Positions 41,207 to 50,279 of a stretch of DNA of 51,542 nucleotides are shown here, in pieces; the stretch's first letter is position 1; each line of letters opens with the position of its first letter. The notes below the pieces were generated by a model. It was not told the origin of the DNA. It worked only from the letters and a program-made list of their open reading frames with translations, and searched no databases. The DNA comes from a virus (lineage: Duplodnaviria; Caudoviricetes). The stretch is taken from IMG/VR virus record IMGVR_UViG_3300036773_000035, positions 1 to 51,542 of that record; one strand, 5' to 3'. Position numbers and translations under genes: made by a program.

Positions 41207-43483
41207 TTAGGTTCCCGAGATCCCCGTCAGCGTTGAGTACACAACCTTCCGACCCTTGGCCATCACCTGTGCGCCAGCCTTCAACTCGAGGTTCGGGATC
41301 AGGTTGTCCGCGATCAGCTCCTTGGTTCGCGATGCGAAACGGTGGGCTGTTGCGGTCCATTCCTCCCCATCCTTCGTCCACTGCTGGTACGAACGGTAGA
41401 ACTGCGTGAGCGTCACCTTCCGCGGTGTCTCGTCTTCATCCACCGTTGTGCAGTTCTCCCAGAACGCAACGATGTTGTCGGACTCGGAACGGAACTCGCT
41501 CTTCGCCTTCTTCGTGCTACCACTCTCCGGGAACCCACCAACCTCGATCAGTCGTTGCAACCCTTCGACACTACGCTTCAGCCATGCGTCACGGTTGTCA
41601 CCGATCCCCAACAGCCGCAGGTGTGCGTTCAGCACCGTGGCACTGTTGTCGTACGTGAACATCTTCTCCCGTGGCTTGACGCTCAACACCACCCAGCGGT
41701 CGTAGAACGCTTCGTCGGTGTTCGCGACCTTCGGGTAGCCGTTCATGGCGAATGCCAGCTTCACCGGAAGTGACTTGCTGGACGCGTGCTCGTTCTTCCG
41801 CTCCACCTGCACGGTCTCGCCACTGGCCAGTGCCTTCAGCATCGTGGTGTTCTTCATGCGGGTCTCGTAGTTCGCGTCGCTGTCCACGTTCAGCAGCTTG
41901 CCGATCAGTGCACTCGTCGTGAACTGGTTCCCCTGATCCGTGAGCTGGGTCAGTGGGATTGCGGAGCAGTTGTCCTCTCCGAGGAACACCCGCAACGCAT
42001 CCAGCAACGTCGACTTACCGGTTCGTCTCGGACCCACCAGTGCCATGAGGATACGGTACGGTAGTGGGACATCCGTGTACAGGCAGTACCCGCTGAACAT
42101 CCACCAAATGCTGACTGCGTCAGCTGGCAGGATCGCTCCTACGAACCGGTCAACCTCTGTGCAATCGGCGTTCGGATCCCAGTTCGCGTTCACCTGGGAC
42201 ATCGACATGTACGCGGACTTGTGTTCCCGTAGGTCACCGGTCTCGGGGTGCAGCATGCCGTTCTGGCAGTTGATCAGTCCCGTGTTCGGTAGCTCGTCAA
42301 CCTCGAGGTTCGGTGCCATGTACTTCAGCACGTCGTTCTCGAGTTCCGTTCGCCACTTCTCACCGGACATTGCTTGCACTGCAGTACGCAGGAACCGTTC
42401 ACCAACGCTGTACGTTCCGGTGTCGGGATCGTACACGTACCAGATGCCGAGGTACTTCAGGATGTTGTGGTTCTCCATCAGCTGCTTGGCAGCCTCGACC
42501 GGCTTGTTGATCGGTTCCTCGGTGACCACCTGCTGAGCGTTGAAGATGGTCTGCTGCACGTACGAGTCGTTGTACCCGCTGTCTCGGAACTTCGCACCGG
42601 AGAACCACGAAGGGTGCGTTAGCACAGAGTAGACCTGGCCAGCGGTGAACCCAGCACGTAGCAGTTGGCAGGTGACGTAGTAGTCGTTCTCGCTTCGATC
42701 GATCCTGCCGCTTCGGTCCTTACGAATCGGTGCACGTGCTTCGAGTGCACTCTCTTCGCTCGAGATCCTGTCCCACAACTTGCTCGAGCTGTTCCGTGCA
42801 CGCACCTCGAAGTCGAGCGGTAACGGTTCCGGCTGGATCGACTCGTCCGTCAACCTTCGCTCAGTAGCGTCGAGGTCCGCTTCTCGAAAGTCCTCCAGCG
42901 TCCAGTTCCGTTGGTTCGTCTGTACCACCCGCGACCAGCCTGCGTCTGGCTTGGGGTTCAGCGTACCCGGCAGCCGCAGAACCCTACTGACGTCGTAGCA
43001 CTTGTCGCCACCCAGCTGGAGAGCCAGCCACTTGTTGATGCGCTTGACCCTACGCCAGTCCTCTGTGAACTCGATGGCCCAGAGAGCGTAGTAGCCACGT
43101 CCACTGAACTCGATCCGCGTAGGTGGTGGCCAGAAGCCTTCGAGTTCCTCCAGCTTCTTCGCTTGCCACTGTTCCAGGTTGGTCGCTTCGTCGAGCTCCG
43201 GATCGATGTCCACGTGGAGCACAGAGGTACCGTACGTCTCGGCTTCAGTACCTCTACTGCCGTTCTGTAGGATGTACCCGCCAGGCAGCACACTCACACG
43301 CGACCAGCAGTCAATCTCACTGCCACCGTACTTCGCTGCAATCGTCTCGTACGTTCCTGCAATGTTGGGGAACGTCTCCGTTGTGAAGCCGCTTCGTTCC
43401 TGGTACGTGTGCACTGAGATCGTCGCTCCCGCAGGGCAACGCTCGTACCGCCAAGCTAGTGCATCACGTGTCTCGTTGCTCAA
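41207..43483 (-). CDS. Primase (RepB-like AEP) fused to a D5-type SF3 helicase
   Basis: HVDID, SGRGYYALW, DVSRVLRLPGT; INCQNG, GPRRTGKS, FAMN, FYDRW. Confidence 0.88.
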   Translation of the reverse strand: MSNETRDALAWRYERCPAGATISVHTYQERSGFTTETFPNIAGTYETIAAKYGGSEIDCWSRVSVLPGGYILQNGSRGTEAETYGTSVLHVDIDPELDEATNLEQWQAKKLEELEGFWPPPTRIEFSGRGYYALWAIEFTEDWRRVKRINKWLALQLGGDKCYDVSRVLRLPGTLNPKPDAGWSRVVQTNQRNWTLEDFREADLDATERRLTDESIQPEPLPLDFEVRARNSSSKLWDRISSEESALEARAPIRKDRSGRIDRSENDYYVTCQLLRAGFTAGQVYSVLTHPSWFSGAKFRDSGYNDSYVQQTIFNAQQVVTEEPINKPVEAAKQLMENHNILKYLGIWYVYDPDTGTYSVGERFLRTAVQAMSGEKWRTELENDVLKYMAPNLEVDELPNTGLINCQNGMLHPETGDLREHKSAYMSMSQVNANWDPNADCTEVDRFVGAILPADAVSIWWMFSGYCLYTDVPLPYRILMALVGPRRTGKSTLLDALRVFLGEDNCSAIPLTQLTDQGNQFTTSALIGKLLNVDSDANYETRMKNTTMLKALASGETVQVERKNEHASSKSLPVKLAFAMNGYPKVANTDEAFYDRWVVLSVKPREKMFTYDNSATVLNAHLRLLGIGDNRDAWLKRSVEGLQRLIEVGGFPESGSTKKAKSEFRSESDNIVAFWENCTTVDEDETPRKVTLTQFYRSYQQWTKDGEEWTATAHRFASRTKELIADNLIPNLELKAGAQVMAKGRKVVYSTLTGISGT

Positions 43484-43764
43484 CGCGTACCCTCCATCCA
43501 GTTGTCTGGTGCGATCGTGACCTTGATCGTACCGTCGTCTAGCGTTGTGGCATGGGTCTTCACGCTCAGGAAGCGCTGCTTTGCTGCTTCGTGGAAGCGC
43601 ACGCGCACTCGGTTCACCTGTGCAGGGTTCTCGCAGATCAGTGTGTATGCGTCACCTGCAATGCCCATCTCCTTGAGCTTGTCGTACGCAGCTTTCCGTT
43701 CGAGGTCGTTCGTCAGGTGGTCAGGGAATGGCACTTCCACCCTGGTCTCTGTGGAGTCACTCAT
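43480..43764 (-). CDS. Hypothetical protein, leaderless
   Basis: ATG 6 nt after the -10 box. Confidence 0.7.
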   Translation of the reverse strand: MSDSTETRVEVPFPDHLTNDLERKAAYDKLKEMGIAGDAYTLICENPAQVNRVRVRFHEAAKQRFLSVKTHATTLDDGTIKVTIAPDNWMEGTR

Positions 43765-43770
43765 GTATCA

Positions 43771-43799
43771 AGTATATGTGACCTGACGGTAGAAATCAA
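43771..43799 (-). promoter_or_regulatory. Sigma-A-type promoter
   Basis: TTGATT-17 bp-TATACT. Confidence 0.8.
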
Positions 43800-43883
43800 G
43801 CCGTCATACGTGCAGCCAGTTAGCTTCCTCTCCGTTCGCTCTCTGTGAGCAGGGTTGAAGGGAGGTTTCAGCTAACGTGGCCT

Positions 43884-43988
43884 GCCCCATGGCATTACGT
43901 CCTTAGCCTGTGATTTTCTATTGCTAGCGCAGACAGAGAGAGCTAAAAGGATATAGAAACCCGGGTTAAACACGTAATGCCATGGGGC
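43884..43988. repeat. 93-bp structured dispersed repeat, copy 2, with 17-bp perfect terminal inverted repeat
   Basis: GCCCCATGGCATTACGT ... ACGTAATGCCATGGGGC; 79/93 identity to 7345-7437. Confidence 0.9.
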
Positions 43989-44027
43989 CCCGGGTGTTAT
44001 ACAAGCGAGTTCCGAGGCTACCACCCC

Positions 44028-44056
44028 TTGATTTCCTCTCTGAAGTCACATATACT
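44028..44056 (+). promoter_or_regulatory. Sigma-A-type promoter, leaderless
   Basis: TTGATT-17 bp-TATACT; ATG 6 nt downstream. Confidence 0.8.
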
Positions 44057-44062
44057 TAACCT

Positions 44063-44809
44063 ATGCCGGATTTAGACCCCAGAAGGTGCAGGAGAACAGT
44101 GCGTTCATCCGGGGAGCAGTGCAGGAATGCACCTATCCGTGGGCACTGGTTGTGCCGGTCGCATGGTGGTGCCATGCGCCAGGTCAAGGAGAAGGCAGTC
44201 AAGAACGTCGTCACTGCAGCTGTGCAGCACCACATGCGGGTGACGTTCCCGAGGTACCACGACACGCAACAGGAGGTGGCTGCCATGGGCGCCGAAGCCA
44301 AGTGGACGATCGAGCAGTCCCGCAAGGAAGTGGACGACCTCGACTGGGGTCCGGTCCAGTACCTGAAGGACGAACTGCACCGCACGGCAGCCATCGTCCA
44401 CTGGCTGGGTAAGCTCCTGTACACCATGTTGCCGGAGGAACTGGCCGAGACGTTCTGGATGTACCGACGGAGTACCGAGGTCCAGATCTCCCCACGGGAG
44501 ATCACCTCCGGTGAGGGTAAGGCTGCCTGGCAGGGTGTGTACTACGACATCTACGTCAAGGAGCGAACGCACCTACTGAACGTGATCCGTACAGCACACC
44601 AGTGTGGCATCGAGGAACGTCTCACCCGGCTGGAGGAGCAGAAAGCTGAGCTGGTGGGACAGGCACTGTTCGCCTTCGCTGAGCGACTGGGACTGGATGT
44701 CACGGACCCTGCTGTGCGGAAGGCAGCAGCGGATGCACTCATGGGTGCGAGTAGCCAGCTGGCTGCCCTGGAGGGTCCTGGTACACAGGCAAGCAGGGTA
44801 CCCAGGTAG
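44063..44809 (+). CDS. Probable terminase small subunit (HGG zinc-finger type)
   Basis: RC...SGEQC...CRSHGG; C-terminal YVKERTHL...GIEER...E. Confidence 0.6.
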   Translation: MPDLDPRRCRRTVRSSGEQCRNAPIRGHWLCRSHGGAMRQVKEKAVKNVVTAAVQHHMRVTFPRYHDTQQEVAAMGAEAKWTIEQSRKEVDDLDWGPVQYLKDELHRTAAIVHWLGKLLYTMLPEELAETFWMYRRSTEVQISPREITSGEGKAAWQGVYYDIYVKERTHLLNVIRTAHQCGIEERLTRLEEQKAELVGQALFAFAERLGLDVTDPAVRKAAADALMGASSQLAALEGPGTQASRVPR

Positions 44810-44824
44810 TCAGGGTACCCTGCT
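44792..44824. terminator. Inverted repeat between convergent genes
   Basis: AGCAGGGTACCC-9 nt-GGGTACCCTGCT. Confidence 0.55.
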
Positions 44825-44830
44825 GGTCCG

Positions 44831-44995
44831 CTAGTTGAACGGCGGCTGTGCCTCTGCCAGTTCCCACACCAGCGTGCACCCGTCTGCAACTGCTACCTGG
44901 TTGATTCCCTCCTTGTGGGATTCCGGAACCTCGGAGTACCGCTTCTCGTCCGACCGGATTCCGTTCCAGTTGGACTCGTCCCAGATGCTGTCCAC
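44831..44995 (-). CDS. 54-aa hypothetical protein (not in ORF track)
   Basis: GGAGG RBS and GTG after a promoter; MDSIWDESNWNGIRSDEKRY... Confidence 0.6.
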   Translation of the reverse strand: MDSIWDESNWNGIRSDEKRYSEVPESHKEGINQVAVADGCTLVWELAEAQPPFN

Positions 44996-45029
44996 AGGTA
45001 CCTCCGTCTGTTTGTTCTCCTGTACTTAT

Positions 45030-45059
45030 AGTATAAGGGACAACCCCTGGACGTTTCAA
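45030..45059 (-). promoter_or_regulatory. Sigma-A-type promoter with conserved leader
   Basis: TTGAAA-18 bp-TATACT then AGGAGAACAA. Confidence 0.75.
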
Positions 45060-45082
45060 GAGGGTACCGGAAATTCCCCTGG

Positions 45083-45186
45083 TGGATTTTCCCACGGGGA
45101 TTTCCACCCGGTACTTTCCCCGGGTATTTCCCACGGCTATTACACGCGGGGTATATACCCGGGGTATTTCCATGGGGTATATACAC
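45083..45186. repeat. Degenerate 13-bp tandem array (8 units)
   Basis: Units such as GGGGATTTCCACC, GGGTATTTCCCAC, GGGGTATATACCC, GGGGTATTTCCAT. Confidence 0.8.
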
Positions 45187-45550
45187 TACCCATATACTAC
45201 TACCATCTCTACTACGATCTACGTAGGGATCTGTTACGTTCTACAGAAGTGTAACAGCAACGTAACTACGATCCGTATACCGTGTACCCCTACCCCTACA
45301 GGGTACGGTAGTGTGTGAAGGGATATATGCTTCGGTACCCATGCAGGGTAGGTACGATATCGTACAACGAACCATCGTTGTATGTATATCATCGTACGTA
45401 CGACATCTTGATCGAAAGAAATCGTTGTACCTACCCTGCCGCAGGCCTCCACTGGGTGAAGATTCTCCCTCACCTCGTTCCCAGCGCGTGAGACCGGCTG
45501 CATCCAGACACCGGGACGGAAAAATCTAGTGCAGGGAAACCACTAGCCCC

Positions 45551-45739
45551 TCAACGTCCCCGCCACACTAGACGGAACGCGAGAACGCGCGGATCAGCCG
45601 TAGCACGCACCTGCTTGAGGACGACAAGTGCCTGCTCAGGTGTACCGTCGAACATCCGAACGGATACCCAACTGAGGCGCTTACCCTTGCCTGGGGAGCC
45701 AACCTGGCTGTACATCTCCACTTCCCATTCGGAACCCAT
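45551..45739 (-). CDS. Hypothetical protein
   Basis: Coupled to the upstream ORF. Confidence 0.55.
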   Translation of the reverse strand: MGSEWEVEMYSQVGSPGKGKRLSWVSVRMFDGTPEQALVVLKQVRATADPRVLAFRLVWRGR

Positions 45740-45936
45740 CAGAGCTGCTGCCTCCCGTACTTCCGTGGGCAGAGTTTCAGGTCCGGATGCGTAGCGAACT
45801 TGACTGGTGACCTGTACGACACCCAGCCAGCACGTCGATACGTGGCGTACTGCCAGTAATGGTCACCGATGCAGTCCGGGTCTGGACATTCCTGCTCTGG
45901 CGTACCGTCTACCGGGACCTGGTGCTCTCCAGTCAC
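45739..45936 (-). CDS. Hypothetical Cys/His protein
   Basis: GTGA overlap; CPDPDC...H. Confidence 0.5.
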   Translation of the reverse strand: MTGEHQVPVDGTPEQECPDPDCIGDHYWQYATYRRAGWVSYRSPVKFATHPDLKLCPRKYGRQQL

Positions 45937-46604
45937 TGGTCGTCTTCCTCCTCGTCGAGCTCCATGCAGGTGGAGCACGCACAGCTTGCCCTGTGCACTG
46001 CGTCCTCCACATAGCCGAGCTCCTGCCAACCGGTGGTAGGCGGCTCAACCTGCTTGGGCTGCTGTTGCACAGGTGCGGTTGGCTGCGCGAAGGTGAAGCG
46101 CCCTTGCTGCACTGGCTGACCGTCGACCTCCACGAAGAGTCCAACACCGGGTTGCGACTGAGACTTGCGGGTAGCAGTCGGCAGGTCCAGCGCGAGGATG
46201 AACTGCCCTTGTGTACCCGTGGCGTCCTGTGTGAGGTCACCATGCGCGAGGTGGATGTCCTCCAGTGAGCCATCCGCATGCCGCACGTGCCAGACACCGC
46301 GGAAGTCAAAGAGCGGATCTGCTGTACCCGTAGCGTCGAGCACTTCCGAGATGCGTTCGACCTTGGCCTCGGGGTACAGGTCGCGGTTGCGAAGGACCTC
46401 TCGCACCTGTGCGACCTTGGCCACGAGCTGCACCAGTGCGTTGTTCTGCTCGTTCTCGTACGCCTGACAGTCGCGGAGCGCCTGCTGGAGAGCGTTGAGC
46501 GTCTCCCGCAGCTTAGCGTCACTGCGGACTCCGGTTTGGACCTGCGCTCGCAGACGGGCGATCTCCGCGTACAGGCGACTGCCGCTGTCGTCACTGATGG
46601 CCAT
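45933..46604 (-). CDS. Hypothetical coiled-coil protein
   Basis: GGAGG RBS; 223 aa; C-terminal H...CACSTC. Confidence 0.7.
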   Translation of the reverse strand: MAISDDSGSRLYAEIARLRAQVQTGVRSDAKLRETLNALQQALRDCQAYENEQNNALVQLVAKVAQVREVLRNRDLYPEAKVERISEVLDATGTADPLFDFRGVWHVRHADGSLEDIHLAHGDLTQDATGTQGQFILALDLPTATRKSQSQPGVGLFVEVDGQPVQQGRFTFAQPTAPVQQQPKQVEPPTTGWQELGYVEDAVHRASCACSTCMELDEEEDDQ

Positions 46605-46701
46605 GGCGGTGAAACCTCCGTGCGCGTTTGACGATGGGGCAGTTCGAGTAGTGGTTGGGTTTGGTCTTGCCGCAGAAGCGGCACTTCCAGGGAACGGCCA
46701 T
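46591..46701 (-). CDS. 36-aa zinc-finger peptide (not in ORF track)
   Basis: MAVPWKCRFCGKTKPNHYSNCP...; TGATG overlap. Confidence 0.5.
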   Translation of the reverse strand: MAVPWKCRFCGKTKPNHYSNCPIVKRARRFHRHGHQ

Positions 46702-46985
46702 CAGTCGGTCAACTCCTTCGGGACTGCTTGGATGTCGGTGTGCTCGTACACCATGCTGTTGGGGTCCGCAGCGTACGTGTGCGGACGGTCTGGGTAGTGG
46801 ATGGTGACCGTGGCCTCGTGGCGGAGTCGCTCCGTCTTCTGCGTGAGGTGCAGCTGCTCCGGGTTGGCCAACTGCTCCTCATACAGGACACCGTCCGCTT
46901 GCCCGTCGTACGCGATGACCTTGCCGTCAGGGCGTTGGACGAGCACCAGTACACGGCCTCGCGGGAACTCGTGCCGTTCAGGCAT
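46701..46985 (-). CDS. Hypothetical protein
   Basis: GGAGG RBS. Confidence 0.6.
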   Translation of the reverse strand: MPERHEFPRGRVLVLVQRPDGKVIAYDGQADGVLYEEQLANPEQLHLTQKTERLRHEATVTIHYPDRPHTYAADPNSMVYEHTDIQAVPKELTD

Positions 46986-47286
46986 CGTTGTTGCCTCCGT
47001 TCTGTTGCTCCTGCTGGTCTTCGTACTCTGCGATCTCCTTGCGGAGCTTGCGAACCTCCGCTCGGTGTCTCCGGAGACGATCAGCGTGCGCGTCCTCCTG
47101 TGCGAGCCCCGTAGCGACGAACGTCGCGATCCACCACAGGACGGAGAACAGTGACCACACCAGCGTCCAGGTGTTGGCGTTCTCGGACTGCAGTGCAGCG
47201 GGAACGATCACGAGAAGGTTGACGCTGCAGATGCCGAGTGCCACGAGCCAGATGCGGTAGCTGGTGACCTGTGAGAACCTACGCAA
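46978..47286 (-). CDS. Membrane protein (2 TM plus coiled coil)
   Basis: Two hydrophobic helices; start approximate. Confidence 0.55.
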   Translation of the reverse strand: MRRFSQVTSYRIWLVALGICSVNLLVIVPAALQSENANTWTLVWSLFSVLWWIATFVATGLAQEDAHADRLRRHRAEVRKLRKEIAEYEDQQEQQNGGNNDA

Positions 47287-47548
47287 CGGACTGACCTTCC
47301 TGCTCGATGGTTGGACGGATAACCTTGCGGACTCGGTCGGAGCGCATGAAGTACTTGACGGTCCAGTAGCTCTCTCCGAACGCGCGTTTGCTACGGACGT
47401 GCGTCTCACCGGTGTCGTAGCCATCCTCCGTCATCACCGGTGAGGCTTCGATGACCTCGAAGGTCTTGGCGAAGCGTGGGTTGCGCTTGTCCTGCCACCA
47501 GTCACCGGGTTGGAGCTGTCTCGCGGGTACATCCTCGTACTGGTACAT
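47279..47548 (-). CDS. Hypothetical protein
   Basis: GGAGG RBS; VPARQLQPGD. Confidence 0.6.
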   Translation of the reverse strand: MYQYEDVPARQLQPGDWWQDKRNPRFAKTFEVIEASPVMTEDGYDTGETHVRSKRAFGESYWTVKYFMRSDRVRKVIRPTIEQEGQSVA

Positions 47549-47618
47549 CGCGCCTCCCGTGGTAGTGATGCCGCCAATAGGCCCTCTGTCAGGAGGGCCC
47601 GGCGGTAGCACCGGAGTG

Positions 47619-47954
47619 CTAGCACAGCGTGCTGATCACCACGTCGTCCAGCAGCCCGAGACCCTTGCCGTACACCTGGTCCCGTTCGCACATGAGCACC
47701 AAGCGCTTCTTGAGCATCTTCTTGCTGAAGCGCTCCTCTCCGAGCTGGACTCGCACCTTCGACCCGTCCTGCATCTCGCCCCAGCAGTACGACAGCTCCC
47801 ACTCCGGGTAGCCTGGGTCCGAGATGAGCCGCAAGCGCGTGATCCGGCGGAGCTGCTTGTCCCCGTACCACACCGTCTGAGCACCCACCGGCGGTCGGAG
47901 TGCGGCATCGAAGTCTGCGATGTTGTTCGTCTCGTTAACGCTGGGGTACGACAT
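47619..47954 (-). CDS. Hypothetical protein
   Basis: GAGGAG RBS; ITRLRLISDPGYPEWELSYCWG. Confidence 0.65.
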   Translation of the reverse strand: MSYPSVNETNNIADFDAALRPPVGAQTVWYGDKQLRRITRLRLISDPGYPEWELSYCWGEMQDGSKVRVQLGEERFSKKMLKKRLVLMCERDQVYGKGLGLLDDVVISTLC

Positions 47955-47970
47955 TGCCTGCTCCTCGCGG

Positions 47971-48096
47971 CTAGTGGGAAAGGACAGCGACCAGTGCGTA
48001 GATGACTGCGACGGCAACTGCGACACCAAGCACCGGACCCCAGAAGTCCAACTCGTTCCGGATCCAGCGTGCGACTGCCTTCGCCTGCTCCTGCAT
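47971..48096 (-). CDS. 41-aa membrane peptide (not in ORF track)
   Basis: First ORF after a promoter; one TM helix. Confidence 0.55.
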   Translation of the reverse strand: MQEQAKAVARWIRNELDFWGPVLGVAVAVAVIYALVAVLSH

Positions 48097-48135
48097 TGTC
48101 CTGCTCCCTCTGCTCTGTTGTTCTCCTATAGATAT

Positions 48136-48164
48136 AGTATATGTGGGAACCCCACGTAAATCAA
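48136..48164 (-). promoter_or_regulatory. Sigma-A-type promoter with conserved leader
   Basis: TTGATT-17 bp-TATACT then TATAGGAGAACAACAG. Confidence 0.85.
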
Positions 48165-48352
48165 GAGGGTCCGTCAGAATTCCAGGCGGGAGTTTTTGAG
48201 AGCAGGCGGAGGGGCATGCCGATCCCGGCGGGCTGCCACACGCACAGGACGCAGACGTGGCAGAGTACGTCGTTCACGATCACGGCATGCACGAGGACCG
48301 TCCAGGCGCCGTGCTGCATCCAGATCTCGCGCTCGTACGTCACTTCTTCCAC
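48161..48352 (-). CDS. Hypothetical protein
   Basis: GGAGG RBS upstream of GTG. Confidence 0.45.
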   Translation of the reverse strand: MEEVTYEREIWMQHGAWTVLVHAVIVNDVLCHVCVLCVWQPAGIGMPLRLLSKTPAWNSDGPS

Positions 48353-48714
48353 AGCTTGAACCTCCGCAGCCCCTTGCGCTTCTTGGCGAGCTGCTCGAGC
48401 TCCTTGCGCTGGGCTGCGGTGAGCCGCATCGGCTGGCGGAACAGGAACCCGCTCTGACCGTGCTTCTTCCGGAGGGCCTCCAGGTTCTTCGCGAACACCT
48501 CGTCGGACACAGCTCCGCTGGTGCGGATGAGGGTGTTGAACGACCTCTGGAACGTCTTGGACCCCTGCGGGTTCGCTGCGACGACCTCCATTGCCTCCCG
48601 CTGCGCAGCTGCGTTCAGTGCGTTCTCCTTGCGGTCCGACCTCCGTTGCGCAGCGATGTTCGCCAGGTCTCTCCGGTTCCGGTCTCTTTCCGCCTTCGTG
48701 AACTCGCTTGCCAT
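48340..48714 (-). CDS. Basic helical hypothetical protein
   Basis: GAGGAGG RBS. Confidence 0.7.
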   Translation of the reverse strand: MASEFTKAERDRNRRDLANIAAQRRSDRKENALNAAAQREAMEVVAANPQGSKTFQRSFNTLIRTSGAVSDEVFAKNLEALRKKHGQSGFLFRQPMRLTAAQRKELEQLAKKRKGLRRFKLWKK

Positions 48715-48780
48715 CGTTTCCTCCTCGCTAGATCGACGTATACGGTCGGATCGTTTTCGGGCTGCATAAATCTGCAGCTG

Positions 48781-49014
48781 CTAGAACCCGGGTGGGAGCA
48801 CCAACCCACTGCGGAACACGGACTCCTCCACGGTGAGGTAGAAGGTCCGACCGTCCCACAACCGGAACTGGATGCGGTTGTCCGCGACGAGCAGGATGCT
48901 CTCGCACACCTGGTGGAGCGTGTCCGGGTGACCCTTGCCGGTGAGCACCAACCCGGCCGCGACGGTAAGGTCGTTCGCCGTCACGGACCGGGTCAGTTCC
49001 AGGTTCGGCTCCAC
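48781..49014 (-). CDS. Hypothetical protein
   Basis: TAGTG overlap with the upstream ORF. Confidence 0.55.
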   Translation of the reverse strand: MEPNLELTRSVTANDLTVAAGLVLTGKGHPDTLHQVCESILLVADNRIQFRLWDGRTFYLTVEESVFRSGLVLPPGF

Positions 49015-49361
49015 TACGACTTCTCGCCGTAGTGGATCTCCGTCCCCAGCGTGCGGGATACCACGGCACCCAGGTCCGCGGCACACGCACGGAGCTGGGT
49101 CTTCTCGTCCTGCGACACGAGCGGGTTCTCCGCGAGCTTCCGCCAGGTCCGCCACTGGACCCGCAACGCCTCGAGGATCACGTCCTTCTCGACCATCACC
49201 GGCTGGTCGGACGTCTCGACCGCTTCTCCCGCGCGGTAGCTCTCCGTCCACTCGATGAGCTCGTCCGACAGCGCGTGCCGGAAGCTCTCGCTCGCGGGGT
49301 CACCCATCAGCTGCGTGACCGGGAACTCCACTGCACCCTTGAGTACCACTGAGACGTCCAT
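49014..49361 (-). CDS. Hypothetical protein
   Basis: 115-aa ORF with GC3-rich codon usage. Confidence 0.6.
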   Translation of the reverse strand: MDVSVVLKGAVEFPVTQLMGDPASESFRHALSDELIEWTESYRAGEAVETSDQPVMVEKDVILEALRVQWRTWRKLAENPLVSQDEKTQLRACAADLGAVVSRTLGTEIHYGEKS

Positions 49362-49475
49362 CGTCGCTCACTTTCTTTGCCTCGGAAAGGAAGTGGGTCA
49401 GGCCCACCCTGTGCGAACCGCGCGCGCACAGGGCAACGGGCACACCCGTGTTGGCGTGTGCCCATCACCCTCTGG

Positions 49476-50030
49476 TCACTGCTTCGCTTCGGTGAACGTG
49501 ATCGCGTTGTCCGTGTTGCGGCCGTACTCCTCGAGCTGTTCGAGGACTGCCCGGCGCACGATCGTGTGCAACGCGTAGTTCTTGAGTTCCTCGTCCGTGT
49601 ACCCGAAGCGCTCCTTGAAGTGCGAGAGGTCCACCTCCGCGGTCATCGTCAGTCGGACTTTGGTGCGCTTGCTGTCCCCGGCCGGAAGCGGCTCCTGCAC
49701 CGCGACGGTCTCGACCTCTTCGATCTCGTTCCCGTCTTCGTCCTCCTCCGGCAGCTCCGAACCTTCGACGTCGTCCTCCCCGTAGGTCCCGACCTGCTCC
49801 GGCTCGAGACCGTCCTCGTCTGCCTCCGGCGTGAAGCCGTAGTCCGTCTTGATCTCGTCCTGCAACTTCTGCTCCGCCTGGTCCATCTCGTCCTCCTCGA
49901 ACGGTTCGTACTTCACCATCGGGTCCTTCTTCGACTGCGCCTTGATCCACTTGGTGCGGTCCGTCTTCCGACCGAACTCCTTCACCTGCTCCTGCGCGTC
50001 TGCGTCCTTGTACCGCACCAGGTATCGCAT
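49476..50030 (-). CDS. Highly acidic hypothetical protein
   Basis: GGAGGAGG RBS; long Asp/Glu tract. Confidence 0.75.
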   Translation of the reverse strand: MRYLVRYKDADAQEQVKEFGRKTDRTKWIKAQSKKDPMVKYEPFEEDEMDQAEQKLQDEIKTDYGFTPEADEDGLEPEQVGTYGEDDVEGSELPEEDEDGNEIEEVETVAVQEPLPAGDSKRTKVRLTMTAEVDLSHFKERFGYTDEELKNYALHTIVRRAVLEQLEEYGRNTDNAITFTEAKQ

Positions 50031-50065
50031 CGTCTGACCTCCTCCTGTTGTTCTCCTATAAATAT

Positions 50066-50094
50066 AGTATATGGGACTCCCCGGGGCAAATCAA
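50066..50094 (-). promoter_or_regulatory. Sigma-A-type promoter with conserved leader
   Basis: TTGATT-17 bp-TATACT then TATAGGAGAACAACAG. Confidence 0.85.
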
Positions 50095-50204
50095 GGGGGT
50101 ACGACAAATTCCACCCATCAATTTTACGTCGGGATCGGTCGTGGGGCAACATGATAAGCACGACCCTGGCCCGATCCACCCGTAAATTGGTTCATGGGAA
50201 CCCC

Positions 50205-50234
50205 TTGATTGTCCCAGTGGGATCATCCTATAAT
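50205..50234 (+). promoter_or_regulatory. Sigma-A-type promoter, divergent from the previous one
   Basis: TTGATT-18 bp-TATAAT. Confidence 0.8.
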
Positions 50235-50279
50235 TAAACTGACGGCCAAACAGTCGCAGCAGTCGCACAGGAGGCAGCA

